Both the position numbers and the translations under genes were made by a program. The notes under the pieces were generated by a model. That model searched no databases. It was not told the DNA's origin and saw nothing but the letters and a program-made list of their open reading frames with translations. DNA of 63,089 bases, counting the filler, from Octopus bimaculoides (lineage: Eukaryota): assembly GCF_001194135.2 (NCBI RefSeq). It is 6 parts of 6 records of this genome, joined end to end, with 100 filler letters (N's around TTAATTAATTAA, not from the genome) between each part and the next. Parts side by side here need not be neighbours in the genome. Positions count along the whole stretch, not along the records: positions 43,511 to 59,817 come from NC_068988.1; positions 59,918 to 61,110 come from NC_069010.1; positions 61,211 to 63,089 come from NW_026424548.1; 3 more parts are not named here. One strand, 5' to 3'. The stretch's first letter is position 1. Each line of letters begins with the position of its first letter. Below are positions 50,745-63,089 of this stretch, piece after piece.

Positions 50745-51949
50745 TATACGGATACCCAAATTTAAACTTGGAAGTACATGATATACCACCGATAGTAGAG
50801 GGTAATCCTGAAGATGGACGAGCTTTATAGTGTACGCTACCACATTCCTAACGAAATATAACATAACTATATATATATACAAACGGGCTACACTCATCGG
50901 GATATAACTATGGTCACGTTGTGACACTGGCTTCTGCATTTAGTTCATCAAATCAGTTTAGTACATATTTGTTCATCTGGCTTCGATTTTTTTATTTATT
51001 TATCGAACTGCTAAATTATGAGGCGCAAAAAATACGAACACCATGCATACATACGTATATTCAGCCATCTTTTTGTTTATCTCTCTTCCCTTCTCTCCAA
51101 TCTCTCTCTTTGAAAATATGTGCATGTTTCTGTGCGTGTTTGCGTGTGTGCGTGCGAATGTGTGTTTGTGTATACGGTGGGCTCCATTCAGTTTTCTTTC
51201 CCTAGATTTCTCTTTAAGGCCTTAGACAATACTTAGTACGAGAGGGCTTATGCCCAAATATATTCGACCTGAAACTATGTGAATGCGAAGCAAACTGCTT
51301 AATCATACATTACGTCTGCACCTATGATTATAGATACATTAATTCCTACATACATACATGCATATGTACGTAATACATACATACCATATATATATATAAT
51401 ATAAATAATATATATATATATATANNNNNNNNNNNNNNNNNNNNNNNNNNNNNNNNNNNNNNNNNNNNNNNNNNNNNNNNNNNNNNNNNNNNNNNNNNNN
51501 NNNNNNNNNNNNNNNNNNNNNNNNNNNNNNNNNNNNNNNNNNNNNNNNNNNNNNNNNNNNACACACACACACACACACACACACACATCCACATGCATAT
51601 ATGGATACAGGATGTTACCAACAGTAAATAACCCGAAACACGAAAGCGAATGAGTTCATTACGCAAACAACGAGACAAACAAATGGAAAACAGGAGAAGC
51701 AACATAAAGAATGACGCTTCGTCAGTTGTCGGCTGTCTATCTACTCTTCACTCCGAGTACTGAACGACAATATGAGTCTACGAAGACAGTTGCTCCCATA
51801 AGTACCAAAATAAAATTTGGAACTTATGGAAGGTCAAAGTTGGGAACAAAAACAAGACAGTGGAGACACAAGGAAACTGATTTTGCTTTCGTATTTCATG
51901 TTGTTTACTATTGGTGACGTCCTGTATCCCATATATGCATGTGTGTGCG

Positions 51950-52033
<84 letters not shown>

Positions 52034-52255
52034 TGTGTGTGCGTGTGTGTGTGTGAGTGTGTGTGTGTGTGTATATGCATATATTATTTATATTATTATT
52101 TGACTGAACGCCACACATCCATTTCCAAGTAAGTTTTTCTTTATATACACACACACACGCACACACGCACACACACACACACACACACAGATATACACAC
52201 ACACACACACACACATATATATGTATGTATGTATGTATGAATATATGCATGTATG

Positions 52256-52556
52256 TGTAGTAAGTAGCGTGCTTACCAACCACAGTGGATTTGATAGCCG
52301 GAAAGTGAAAGAAGCCCGTCGTATATGTGTATGTGTGCGTGTGTGTGCAAATTTTTGTGTATTTCTGTGTTTGTCCCTTCATCATCATCGCTTGACAACC
52401 GATGTTGGTGTGTTTACGTCCCCGTCACCTTGCGTTTCGGTAAAAAGAGACCGATAGAATAAGTACTAGGCTTACAAAAAATAAGTCTTGGGGGCGATTT
52501 GTTCGACTAAAGGCGGTGCTCTAGCATGGCCGCAGTCAAATGACTGAAACAAATAC
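52256..52556 (+). mobile_element. SINE family A, internally deleted
   Basis: Head fragment, AAAGAAGCCCGTCGTAT, and an intact 3' half to GACTGAAACAA. Confidence 0.8.
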
Positions 52557-52728
52557 AAAAAAAAAAAGAATATATATACAATATATTGAAGGAAAAGAAA
52601 ATGGAGAAAAATAGATGTATGAATAATTTATTTGTATGTTATAAAATGTTGAAAATTTCTTTTAAAAAACATAACAGTACAAATAAATTGATTATAAGTT
52701 GTAAAGCTCTAAAGAAATAAAATAAAAG

Positions 52729-52843
52729 AACCTACATATATGTTTCAGGACAGCCCCTAGTTGATCAGAAATTCTAAGTATTTGGTTACATGCTAAGAAA
52801 GGTATAATATTCTTATTATATGGAGTAGGACTTCTTCAAGGTT
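52729..52843 (-). ncRNA. Hammerhead-like motif with long stem-II insert (C3T)
   Basis: AACC-TTGAAGA-[~90 nt]-GAAA-CATATATG-TA-GGTT. Confidence 0.5.
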
Positions 52844-52914
52844 ATTATGAGCTTAATACTCTGTATGCATTCTTCAAAAGAAAAATGATAGCCTAAGTTC
52901 CATAAACTCATAAT

Positions 52915-53030
52915 AACCCCGAAGAAGTCCTACCTCATATAGTTAGAATATGATACCCTTCCAAGCACTTAAACAAATGCTAAGGATTTCTGATCAACTA
53001 GGGGACAGTACTGAAATATATATGTAGGTT
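52915..53030 (+). ncRNA. Hammerhead-like motif with long stem-II insert (U4C, C15.2T)
   Basis: AACC-CCGAAGA-[~90 nt]-GAAA-TATATATG-TA-GGTT. Confidence 0.45.
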
Positions 53031-53450
53031 CTTTTATTTTATTTCTTTAGTGCTTTACAACTTGTAATCAATTTATTTGTACTATTATGGTTTTTAAAAG
53101 AAATTTTCAACATTTTATAACATACAAGCATTTTTTCTGCATTTTCTTTTCCTTCAATATTGATAATATATCATTTTAATAATCCCTAACACATACCAGT
53201 GACTTTCGCATTATATGATAGAGATTAACCAGTGGAATATTATATAATCCCTAATGAGGATGTTACTTCTTCGAATTAGCTGTATGTATATATATATTTG
53301 CGAAGATAATCCGGTACTCGACTGAGGAAAGAAAACTTCGAACGACTCGTCCTTGTTTTCTTTGTATCGTCTGTCTGGATGTTTTGTTGTCCCTTTTTTG
53401 TATCACCTAACTGTCCGAATCTTTTGCTTTCTTGTTCCATTTTGTATTTT

Positions 53451-53499
<49 letters not shown>

Positions 53500-53545
53500 N
53501 NNNNNNNNNNNNNNNNNNNNNNNNNNNNNNNNNNNNNNNNNNNNN

Positions 53546-53597
<52 letters not shown>

Positions 53598-53699
53598 AAG
53601 AGAGTAACTGAGAGGGGAATTTGAAGGAAAATTGTTTATCAGCATATTTAGTCTTCTGAACCCAATTTAAGTTGTTTTGTTTCTAATTTCATACTCCCC

Positions 53700-54345
53700 A
53701 TGGCAGATGAAATGCTAACACTGCAAAGGAAAAGTATTGCGAAATTCAGCAATTTAGAAATTAGCAACTTTCTAAATATTGCAAAATGTTTTGTACGGAA
53801 ATTTCGAATGAAATTGGACGTTTCTAGAGGGAATATTTCAACGGCATTAAAGTGAAATTCGTTCTACACGTTCGGACACTATAAAGACCTTGCATTTAAT
53901 CCAATTCATGTCTGAAATAGCACAAAGAAATATTTGATCCCTGCCAAGTGGTTACTTAACAAGTTTAAACGGCATCACGAACATGGAATGCTTCGGAACG
54001 TCTCTGATGGGTAAACCTTCCAGCAAAACCTAGCGTCAAACAGGAGAAATGGCAGATGGTTCTATGCAGATCATCGTGATGTCCTCAAAGTGACGCACAC
54101 TAAGTTTCAGGCTATCATAACAATCTAAAAGAGTGGTGAGTAACGAAAGTCATGTCTTGCTTATTTCACAACTTTCCACAGGGTGTTAGAATTAATGCTG
54201 TTGGATGCGTTGAGATCCTGGTGATAGTTATTCAAGCTTTGCATGGATGAAGCAAGTAGTGGCAGGCCCTGCCTGTTTCAAGAAAACTCAGCACCTTCTC
54301 ACAAAGCCCACATTACTCAAGAAAAAATGTCGGATAATCATTTGT
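53700..54345 (+). mobile_element. Decayed mariner/maT (DD37D-like) transposase remnant
   Basis: NLEISNFLNIAKCFVRK.., HTKF..VVSNESHV, QGVRINA, GRPCLFQENSAPSHKAHITQE follow the maT motif order (TKFPATVMV.GVVSNEG, FQQDSAPSHKA). Confidence 0.6.
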
Positions 54346-54364
54346 CAGTATATGTGACAATATA

Positions 54365-54590
54365 TTCTGAAATTTGGATAGCTTTCGATATTTTTCCGTC
54401 ATCGGCGTAACTTGTTACGTTGACCGAATACACTTGCGACCTGATAGGGTGATGATAAACAATAATGGTCCTAGAACCGTTTCTTGACGTATGCCATCTA
54501 TTACAAGTAACCTAGCAGCGAGAAAAACTATTTGCAGCAGCAGATAGACCCCTACCGCATAGGAAGTCAAACAGCCAATCTCCCAGCTTT
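54365..54590 (-). mobile_element. CR1-clade LINE reverse-transcriptase fragment
   Basis: VIDGIRQETVLGPLLFIITLS, a frameshift, then VTSYADDGKISKAI (YADD at 54398-54409). Confidence 0.8.
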
Positions 54591-54611
54591 CTTCACACAC
54601 ACACGCACACG

Positions 54612-54656
<45 letters not shown>

Positions 54657-55007
54657 ACGCACACATATATACATATATAAATCATGAAAGATCAGGGTGA
54701 CATTATCTCATTGCTAGATTTGGATTCTCCAGTTTCTTTACAAAGAGATATTTTTACGGGTGTCTGAAATCTAGTAAAAACAAGAGGGAAACTGAACAAA
54801 GATGCAAATAGAAATTGAAATGCTTAAATACACACACACACACATACATACATACATACATACATACATACNNNNNNNNNNGCAGTCAAAGAACTACTGA
54901 TTCTAAACTACAAATTTTTCTCTAAATGGATGGCGATATTTATGGCACACATGGAACAAAAACCGGAGGGGAAAGCATAAACAAAACAATATATATATAT
55001 ATATATA

Positions 55008-55327
55008 TAGGCGCAGGCGTGGCTGTGTGGTGTTCAGTCCCACACCGTGGCACCTTGGGCAAGTGTTTTCTACTATAGCCTTGGGATGACCAAAGCCTTG
55101 TGAGTGGATTTGGTAGGCGGAAACTGTGTTGCTGTGTTTGTACCACCAACATCACTTGACAACCGATGTTGGTGTGTTTTCGTCTCCGTTCCTTAGCGGG
55201 TCGGCAAAAAAAAGAAGACCGATCGAATAAGTACTATGCTTACAAAGAATAAGTCCTGGGATCGATTTGTTCGACTAAAGGCGGTGCTCTAGCATGGCCG
55301 TAGTCAAATGACTGAAACAAATGAAAG
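55008..55327 (+). mobile_element. SINE family A
   Basis: Head, GCACCTTGGGCAAGTG, and 3' half as at 45446-45845; an inverted 3' fragment follows at 55380-55600. Confidence 0.85.
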
Positions 55328-55612
55328 AATATATATATATATTCATAAATATATATCTTGTATGTATATATATATATATCTTTTATCTTTTATCTTTACT
55401 TGCTTCAGTAATTAGACTGTGGCCATGCTGGGGCACCGCCTAGAAGAATTTTTGTCGAACGACTCCAACCCAGTACATATTCTTATTTAAGCCTGGTACT
55501 TTTTCTATCGGTCTCTTTTGTCCAATCGCTAGTTACGGAGACGTGATCAAACCAACACGCGTTGTCAAAACCTGAAGGAGGACAAACACAGACACAAAAT
55601 AACAATAATAGC

Positions 55613-55648
<36 letters not shown>

Positions 55649-55664
55649 AATAATAATAGTTTCA

Positions 55665-55867
55665 ACTTTTGCCAGAAAGGCAGCCATTTTGTGGGAGGGA
55701 CTAGTCGATTACATCGAAACCATCGTTTCACTGGTACTAATTTATCGACCCCTAAAGGATGAAAGACAAAGTCGATCTGAGCGGAAATTGAACTCAGAAC
55801 GTAGTGATGGGCGAAATACCGCTTAGCATTTAGCCCGGAGTGCCTACGAGTCTGCCAGCTCGCCGCC

Positions 55868-55869
<2 letters not shown>
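55665..55869 (-). mobile_element. SINE family B
   Basis: Reverse complement begins TAAGGCGGCGAGCTGGCAGACTCGTAGGCACTCCGG. Confidence 0.8.
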
Positions 55870-55922
<53 letters not shown>

Positions 55923-56499
55923 TAATCGTAGCTTTAAAGCGGAAACAGTTTAAAGAATTTTACATATAGATATATGGCAGGTTTAAAAATAACCAGACTA
56001 CATATATGTCTGTGTATGAGTGTGTGCGTGTATGTGTGCGTGCTCACGCAGGCACACACACACGTGTGTGTGCATGTTCCTATGCATCTGTGCGTATGCA
56101 TGCGTGTGATTGCATGTCTGTGTCTGTGTTTGTGCATGTTTTTGTGCATATGTATGTGTATTATATCTGTGATTGTGGGTGCCCGCACACGTGTGTGTGT
56201 GTGTGTACGTGCGTGCATGTATAGTGAATGTGTCTGTCTTCCTTAGTTTGCATTAGTCATCACAATCATGGTCATGCTGGAGCAATGCCAGTTATATGAG
56301 TTGATATTTCGACATATTTAATTGTTATTTTCTCAGCCGTTTTCAAAAAAACATTTGAGTGAAATGGCTTCTTGAAAATTTGAAAAGATATATCAGTATT
56401 TGTTTAATGTCAAAAGACGTTTGTGTCGGAAATCAAGAAAAGAGAAACAAAGGTGAATGGCAGAAAGAAGAAGGGAAGAAGAAAAAGAATAAGCAGAAA

Positions 56500-56930
56500 C
56501 ATGAAACAGAGTGACGGCTGCGAAGCAGCAGTAGCAGCTGTAGCAACAGCAGCAGCTATTGTAACATCAGGAGCAGCGTCATTATCATCAGCAGCAGCAG
56601 CGGCAGTAATAGTAGTAGCAGTAGTTCTTGTTGCTGCAATAGCAGTAGTTATGGCAGCAGCAGCAGCACCACCACCACCACCAGATGAAGATCAAGAAGA
56701 AGAAGAGTAGAATATGATTGATCAATAAAAGGCAAGAATGATGAGACACGTGAAACTTGCGTCACGCTGATGTTGGTGTTTGTGGAAGTCTATTTCAATG
56801 GAATTGCTGCTGTGCTTACTACTGCTGCTACAACAACAACTACTACTACTACTACTACTGCCGCTGCTGCTGCTGTTGCCACTGTTGTTGATGTTGCCGC
56901 CGCTGCTGCTACTGACAGCACCAGCGTTAA
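56500..56930. repeat. Mixed triplet low-complexity tracts (GCA/GTA/CCA/GAA, then ACT/GCT)
   Basis: Read directly from the sequence. Confidence 0.85.
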
Positions 56931-58224
56931 TACTGCACGACGGCACCAACATACGTAAGTGCTGCAGAAATAGAGAAGACCTTGAAGCCATCGAACAAAA
57001 TGTGCTAGCGGCTAAAACTAGAATGACGGCGTGAACAACAGCGCTCTCTGTCGGCTGGACTGCCCTAGACACTAAGAAAATCGGTGGTAAACCACACCAC
57101 CTCTGCTCCCCCATGGTTAATCAGGAAAGCTGCTGAAGCGAATGTTATTATATCAGCCATTTTTACCCTTCCATCACGTTGTATATCACGGCGGCTATCA
57201 TTCAGCTTCGGTGTTGTATTTCGAACTGACATGGACGCATTCTCAATTTAACATATCATTTTTACTGTCCTCCACCATCTCTCTTTTGTCCATCTTAACT
57301 TTATTTTTACTACTCACAATCATATATGATACTTATTTTTCCTTTACACTTCACACTTCTTTCTTCTCTGCTTCGCTCTTTTTTTCTTTCCCAGTTCGTT
57401 CCCCGATTGATACTGTCGTACTTGTTATTCTTTTTGTGTTTACCAAGAGCAAGCCAATCAAAATGCAAGTAGCAATCATCACTTGGGATGAACGATATAC
57501 ACTAACTGAAATTCTACATCGATGAAGGTGTGGATGTTTTCAAGAATTTCCTATTCCTTATCATGGAAACATCTAGCCATCCACTCACCTACCGTTGTTT
57601 TATTCCACTAAACATTCGTTTTTCAAAAAGTACATTCTAACAATTCTCATTCAATAAATAAATTAATTTAATCATACGTTTTTGCTTTTATGTATCTAAT
57701 TAGCATATATTTACATAAATAGCCAATATTCTTAATTAATTATTCCCTAAGATCCTAAGAGCGACTCAAAGACTTTGTCTCCTGTAGCTATGTCAGCCTG
57801 GTGAAACTCATCCCTCTCCGAATATACGTAAAAAGTGTCCTGTAAACTAACAACTGCCAATTTTTAAAGGGCTCTCACTTGTGCAGCGGCGAGTTGTACC
57901 ACTTTTGGTGCAGTTAGAGAACTGTTTTTACTACAGTGCAACACCAGCGACACCATACAGTCTTGATCATTCAGTCTATACTTTATCGATTAGGCCAATG
58001 ATTAAGTGTGAGAAACAATAAACTTAGAAGCGCGCTGTATTATACCATCATACCAGTTTAAGCTTACTTTTATTTGAAATTAACATCTACTTTGTAAGGT
58101 TGGACAAGCTTCTTTAATTATTACGGCGGATCAAAAGCTTGCTACCTACAAACATCTATTTGATAAACTCAGATCTAACTCGAAATGAGTATGTAATTAT
58201 TATGTATATTATTGGTGTTAAATT

Positions 58225-58429
58225 TTGGCACAATGCCAGCAGTTTCGGAGGCGCGCATAAGTCGATTACATCGATCCCAGTGCTCAACTGGTACTTATTT
58301 TATCGACCACGTGTTATAATGAGAAGGAAATTCGATCTCAGCGGAATTTTAGATTAGAACGTAAAGACGGATGAAATGGCACTAAGCATTTTGTCCGGCG
58401 CGGTAATGAGTCTGCCAGCTCACCGCCTT
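58225..58429 (-). mobile_element. SINE family B
   Basis: Reverse complement begins TAAGGCGGTGAGCTGGCAGACTC..AAATGCTTAG. Confidence 0.75.
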
Positions 58430-58931
58430 ATTATGTATATCATTAGATTCGAAATTGCTATTTCCAGATCATTTCCTAATCACTTGTCCTCATTATCTTA
58501 AGTTTTAAAACCAAATAAATCTCTACAGCAGAACTAATTCTGCCAACACACTCAGGTGGAGCTAAACGCTGCGTGGTGAAGAGTAACCTTGATAGGACAA
58601 CGTTTAAATATATGAAAGGACAAACATCAGCAGCTGACCGGTGTAACTCACATATTTTACCCTTTGGGTGCCCTTGACAAAGTCCACCTTCTGGCAAGTA
58701 TTTGAATCAGTTTTACTGATCTGAAGATACGTTCCTTCTTGTACCAGTCGTGGAGATTCTAGAAAGAGCTTATGGGTACTGCTCTACCATAAAAGGCTGA
58801 GTCCTAATCCGTTCATTCATATATGCATGTATAGTGTGTGTATGTGTGTGTTTATGTGTGTGTATACATATATATACTGGATAGATACTATCCCTTAGTG
58901 GGTTGAACCCCCAACCCCTAACTCTCCCACG

Positions 58932-58970
<39 letters not shown>

Positions 58971-59544
58971 NNNNNNNNNNNNNNNNNNNNNNNNNNNNNN
59001 NNNNNNNNNNNNNNNNNNNNNNNNNNNNNNNNNNNNNNNNNNNNNNNNNNNNNNNNNNNNNNNNNNNNNNNNNNNNNNNNNNNNNNNNNNNNNNNNNNNN
59101 NNNNNNNNNNNNNNNNNNNNNNNNNNNNNNNNNNNNNNNNNNNNNNNNNNNNNNNNNNNNNNNNNNNNNNNNNNNNNNNNNNNNNNNNNNNNNNNNNNNN
59201 NNNNNNNNNNNNNNNNNNNNNNNNNNNNNNNNNNNNNNNNNNNNNNNNNNNNNNNNNNNNNNNNNNNNNNNNNNNNNNNNNNNNNNNNNNNNNNNNNNNN
59301 NNNNNNNNNNNNNNNNNNNNNNNNNNNNNNNNNNNNNNNNNNNNNNNNNNNNAATTCATAGCAAAAATGACAAAAAAAGAAAGAAAAAGGAAGAAAGAAC
59401 CAAAGCACAGGTGTCTATGGCAGACTATGTTATTTTGCCAACATGGTTTTTTATGAATTATATATATATATATATATATATACTGTGTGAGCATACACAC
59501 ACACGCACACACACGCACACGTACACACACATACATTAAAAGTG

Positions 59545-59775
59545 GGTGGTTTAGTGATTAGGATGCTGCAATCTTAAGATTGTGGTTATGGTTCCTGGAT
59601 CGGACGGTGCATAGTGTTCTTGACCAAAACACTTCATTTCAAACTGTTCCAGTTCACTCAGTTGGCAAAATGAGTGATCCTGTGATGATCCGGCGTCTTG
59701 TACAAGGACGAATATGGACATCACAGAATTTGGAGAAACCGTCATAATAAGCCAATGGCACGAGAAGGACCTTTC
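59545..59775 (+). mobile_element. SINE family C
   Basis: GTGTTCTTGACCAAAACACTT..CCAGTTCACTCAG block shared with 11455-11720. Confidence 0.6.
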
Positions 59776-59784
59776 ATCCTTTTA

Positions 59785-59817
<33 letters not shown>

Positions 59818-59861
59818 NNNNNNNNNNNNNNNNNNNNNNNNNNNNNNNNNNNNNNNNNNNN

Positions 59862-59873
59862 TTAATTAATTAA
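59862..59873. other. Artificial contig-join spacer
   Basis: TTAATTAATTAA within an N block. Confidence 0.95.
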
Positions 59874-60789
59874 NNNNNNNNNNNNNNNNNNNNNNNNNNN
59901 NNNNNNNNNNNNNNNNNATATATATATATATATATATATACACTATCCCTTATATTTGCTGTTCCCATTTTTTTTTTCCACAGGTTTCACTATGTAAGGG
60001 CAGATAAAGTCATGAAGCTTCGATCTCTGCTAGACAAAGTTGGAAATATGCCTGGCATGATGGATGAAGAGAAAGGTAACTTAAAATATGACCCCTAGAT
60101 TTTCATATTCAATGATAGCCTTTTATCTTTTACTTGTTTTAGTCATTGGACTGCAGCCATGCTGAGATTTTTCTTCATCGTCCAATCAGCAGCGTCACTT
60201 ATTTTCCTTCGTTTTCGGTACCTCACCTGTACCCAACTATTCCTCCTATATCTTTGTGTCCCCTACTGGCATTAATCCCGCTTATTTGTCTTTCTCTCTT
60301 TCTCTCTTCACACAGACCCAGAGGAACTTTTAAACTGCCTTTTTGGTCACGTCATGAAAGCAGACCCCCTACTGCAGTTAAGGTAAGGACTCACATTACA
60401 GTCTACTACAGGGACAGTTTTGGCATCACTATACACCACTCCCATCATCTATACATACAGGGTCAGATTTAGACCTCGTTAGGTCCCTGGCACATATACA
60501 GGGTGTTTGGGCTAAATTTGACAATTATGTCTCCTTTTTTTCAGGAACAGCTAGATTTATGGGAGAGTATTAAGATTAACCCTTTAGCATTCAGATTACT
60601 CTGTGAAATGTTATAGAATAACAATAATAAATCTGAAGTGAAGAACGAATATACAGTGCGTGTGTTTATTTGGCACGGAAAAAAATGACCTTCCCAAAAT
60701 ATAATATCTGTCTTAACACACAATTTCACATCAGGTATCTTGCAACACAAATCCATAAACGTGTGTGTGTGTGTGTGTGTACATACATG

Positions 60790-61110
60790 CATCATCATCA
60801 TCGTCATCATCATCGTTTAACGTCCGCCTTCCATGCTAGCATGGGTTGGACGATTTGACTGAGGACGGGTGAAAACCAGATGGCTGCACCAGGCTCCAAT
60901 CTGATCTGGCAGAGTTTCTACAGCTGGATGCCCTTCCTAACACCAACCACTCCGAGAGTGTAGTGGGTGCTTTTACGTGTCACCAGCACGAGGGCCAGTC
61001 ACACGGTACTGGCAACGGTCTCGCTCAAAAGGTGTTTTTTACACCTGCACGGGAGCCAGTCCAGCGGCACTGGCAACAACCTTGCTCGAATGATTTTCTA
61101 ACGTGCCACC
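60790..61110 (-). mobile_element. RTE LINE 3' UTR, cut by a contig join
   Basis: (CAT)n CGTTTAACGTCCGCC.TCCATGCTAGCATGGGTTGGACGATTTGACTGAGGAC... Confidence 0.88.
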
Positions 61111-61154
61111 NNNNNNNNNNNNNNNNNNNNNNNNNNNNNNNNNNNNNNNNNNNN

Positions 61155-61166
61155 TTAATTAATTAA
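61155..61166. other. Artificial contig-join spacer
   Basis: TTAATTAATTAA within an N block. Confidence 0.95.
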
Positions 61167-61210
61167 NNNNNNNNNNNNNNNNNNNNNNNNNNNNNNNNNN
61201 NNNNNNNNNN

Positions 61211-61253
<43 letters not shown>

Positions 61254-62299
61254 CAATGGTAACATAAACCTTAATAACACTAATAGCAATAATGAACCAT
61301 TACGAAATATTTCTTCTAACAGGTTGAACATTACAGTTCGTGGAATTAACGCTAAAATGCTACTTGAATGTAACTCGCTTTCACATCTCAATTACTACTC
61401 CTTAGGCAACGTAAACAGATATAACTGTATAAATGCTATTATTTGCCTTATGACTAGGAACTGTTTTTGCACATATACAATCATGCATATGAAATTTTTA
61501 AGCATATGAAAGTTTTAAGCATAAGGATAAGTGCAACCTGATTAATAATAGAATAGTCCTTAGGGTATCATGCGTACATAGTGTCATCCGTACTTTTAAA
61601 TATTTTCGAAAGTAGCATTTTATAGGTCTTGTGCTTGAACTGTTTTTGATGGAAACTTACTTTTAATATTTTTCTTATGGAAATTAAAGTACATTGCATA
61701 CATTACAATATAATAAAAGCTATATAGTACAGTTAGTGTGCTAAACAAAGTTAGTATACTATCCATNNNNNNNNNNNNNNNNNNNNNNNNNNNNNNNNNN
61801 NNNNNNNNNNNNNNNNNNNNNNNNNNNNNNNNNNNNNNNNNNNNNNNNNNNNNNNNNNNNNNNNNNNNNNNNNNNNNNNNNNNNNNNNNNNNNNNNNNNN
61901 NNNNNNNNNNNNNNNNNNNNNNNNNNNNNNNNNNNNNNNNNNNNNNNNNNNNNNNNNNNNNNNNNNNNNNNNNNNNNNNNNNNNNNNNNNNNNNNNNNNN
62001 NNNNNNNNNNNNNNNNNNNNNNNNNNNNNNNNNNNNNNNNNNNNNNNNNNNNNNNNNNNNNNNNNNNNNNNNNNNNNNNNNNNNNNNNNNNNNNNNNNNN
62101 NNNNNNNNNNNNNNNNNNNNNNNNNNNNNNNNNNNNNNNNNNNNNNNNNNNNNNNNNNNNNNNNNNNNNNNNNNNNNNNNNNNNNNNNNNNNNNNNNNNN
62201 NNNNNNNNNNNNNNNNNNNNNNNNNNNNNNNNNNNNNNNNNNNNNNNNNNNNNNNNNNNNNNNNNNNNNNNNNNNNNNNNNNNNNNNNNNNNNNNNNNT

Positions 62300-63089
62300 T
62301 CTTTCGCCTCAGTACTCCTTTATTAAATACCAGTAAATGCCAATGATCAATCTTCATAGCTACCATCTAATAAGTTAATATTTAAGTATATAATATGAAT
62401 AAATATTAAACTATTTCCATGTAATTTCTGTCCGCCCTCTGTTGTGGTAAATTTTGGTATATACTCAAAAGTATTCAAAAACTTTATCCTTTTGGTTATA
62501 ATAGTCTTCTTAATAATCTTCTTGATAACCCTAAATTTTAACTTTATACAACATAGCAATATTGTTTAAAGTATTCAACTATAGTACCCCACGATAAAAT
62601 TGCCCCTGTATTATCATCATTGGTTTTACTGGAGTCTTGCCGCTTTAATTGATAACTAACATCTTGATTTAAGTTTTCCTTTACCAAATCTCATGATATT
62701 GCTTCAGATTAATCTTGATAGTTTTATGACTATACCCACTATGATTTCTATCGATTCCCTCAGCCCCCTTCCTAACAGACACTGCTCCTTGTTCTTTTGG
62801 CTTTAGATATACAAATATTTGATAAACTAGTCTATAAATTAAAACTGACTCCATATAACAGTGACAAGCAAAATCTGTAACAAGTCTTTCTTCCTGATAC
62901 CTTAGTAGCTTCTAAGCTGAGATGAAGACAGCATGTTCTTTGTCCGTCTCCTTACCTCCTTGGAGATTTTAGGTAAAATTATACTAATGTGTCCATCTGT
63001 TTTAATTTAATTTAATTCTATGTATTTATGGAGCTGAGAATTGCTCTGCATTTAAATTGATGTAATGGTTGCATTTTTCAATTAAATGG
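62300..63089 (-). mobile_element. Possible decayed L1/Tx1-type LINE (APE endonuclease region)
   Basis: Only short peptide echoes (GIDR.., SHKTIKINL, MRFGKG) among many stops. Confidence 0.25.

Larger units (their letters stand above)
52583..53160. repeat. Large fold-back inverted repeat (arms ~52583-52852 / 52906-53160)
   Basis: Arms align by eye over ~250 bp with one indel; 53-bp spacer. Confidence 0.92.

Noticed and set aside
56423-56710. 95-aa Ala/Pro/Glu-rich ORF
   Set aside because: Made of GCA/CCA/GAA triplet tracts, GTG start, no domain.
60449-60620. TACAGGGT.. mariner-like end and TTAACCCTTTAGCATT MITE-like end
   Set aside because: No partner TIR found in the window.

Overview
AT-rich, microsatellite- and gap-riddled eukaryotic genomic DNA, not prokaryotic. 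The repeat families resemble those I recall from Octopus/coleoid cephalopod genomes (inference, no database search). No host protein-coding gene, rRNA or CRISPR array can be supported; most ORFs in the supplied track are microsatellite or N-gap artefacts. The window holds three tRNA-derived SINE families, RTE and CR1 LINE fragments, and an internally deleted R4/Dong-like LINE inside a (TAA)n tract. It also holds Penelope-like element (PLE) fragments of two endonuclease types, an internally deleted DD36E Tc1-like transposon, a maT-like remnant, hAT-type MITEs with 8-bp target-site duplications (TSDs), and a gap-truncated tRNA-Asp(GTC). The most striking signal is a set of eight type-I hammerhead-ribozyme (HHR) motifs from about six unrelated repeat families. 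Two have fully intact catalytic cores: 29412-29475, just downstream of a PLE endonuclease, and 27458-27539. One sits in a compact tRNA-headed SINE-like unit, and several lie in fold-back inverted repeats. Five TTAATTAATTAA spacers inside 100-bp N blocks show the window is stitched from separate contigs.
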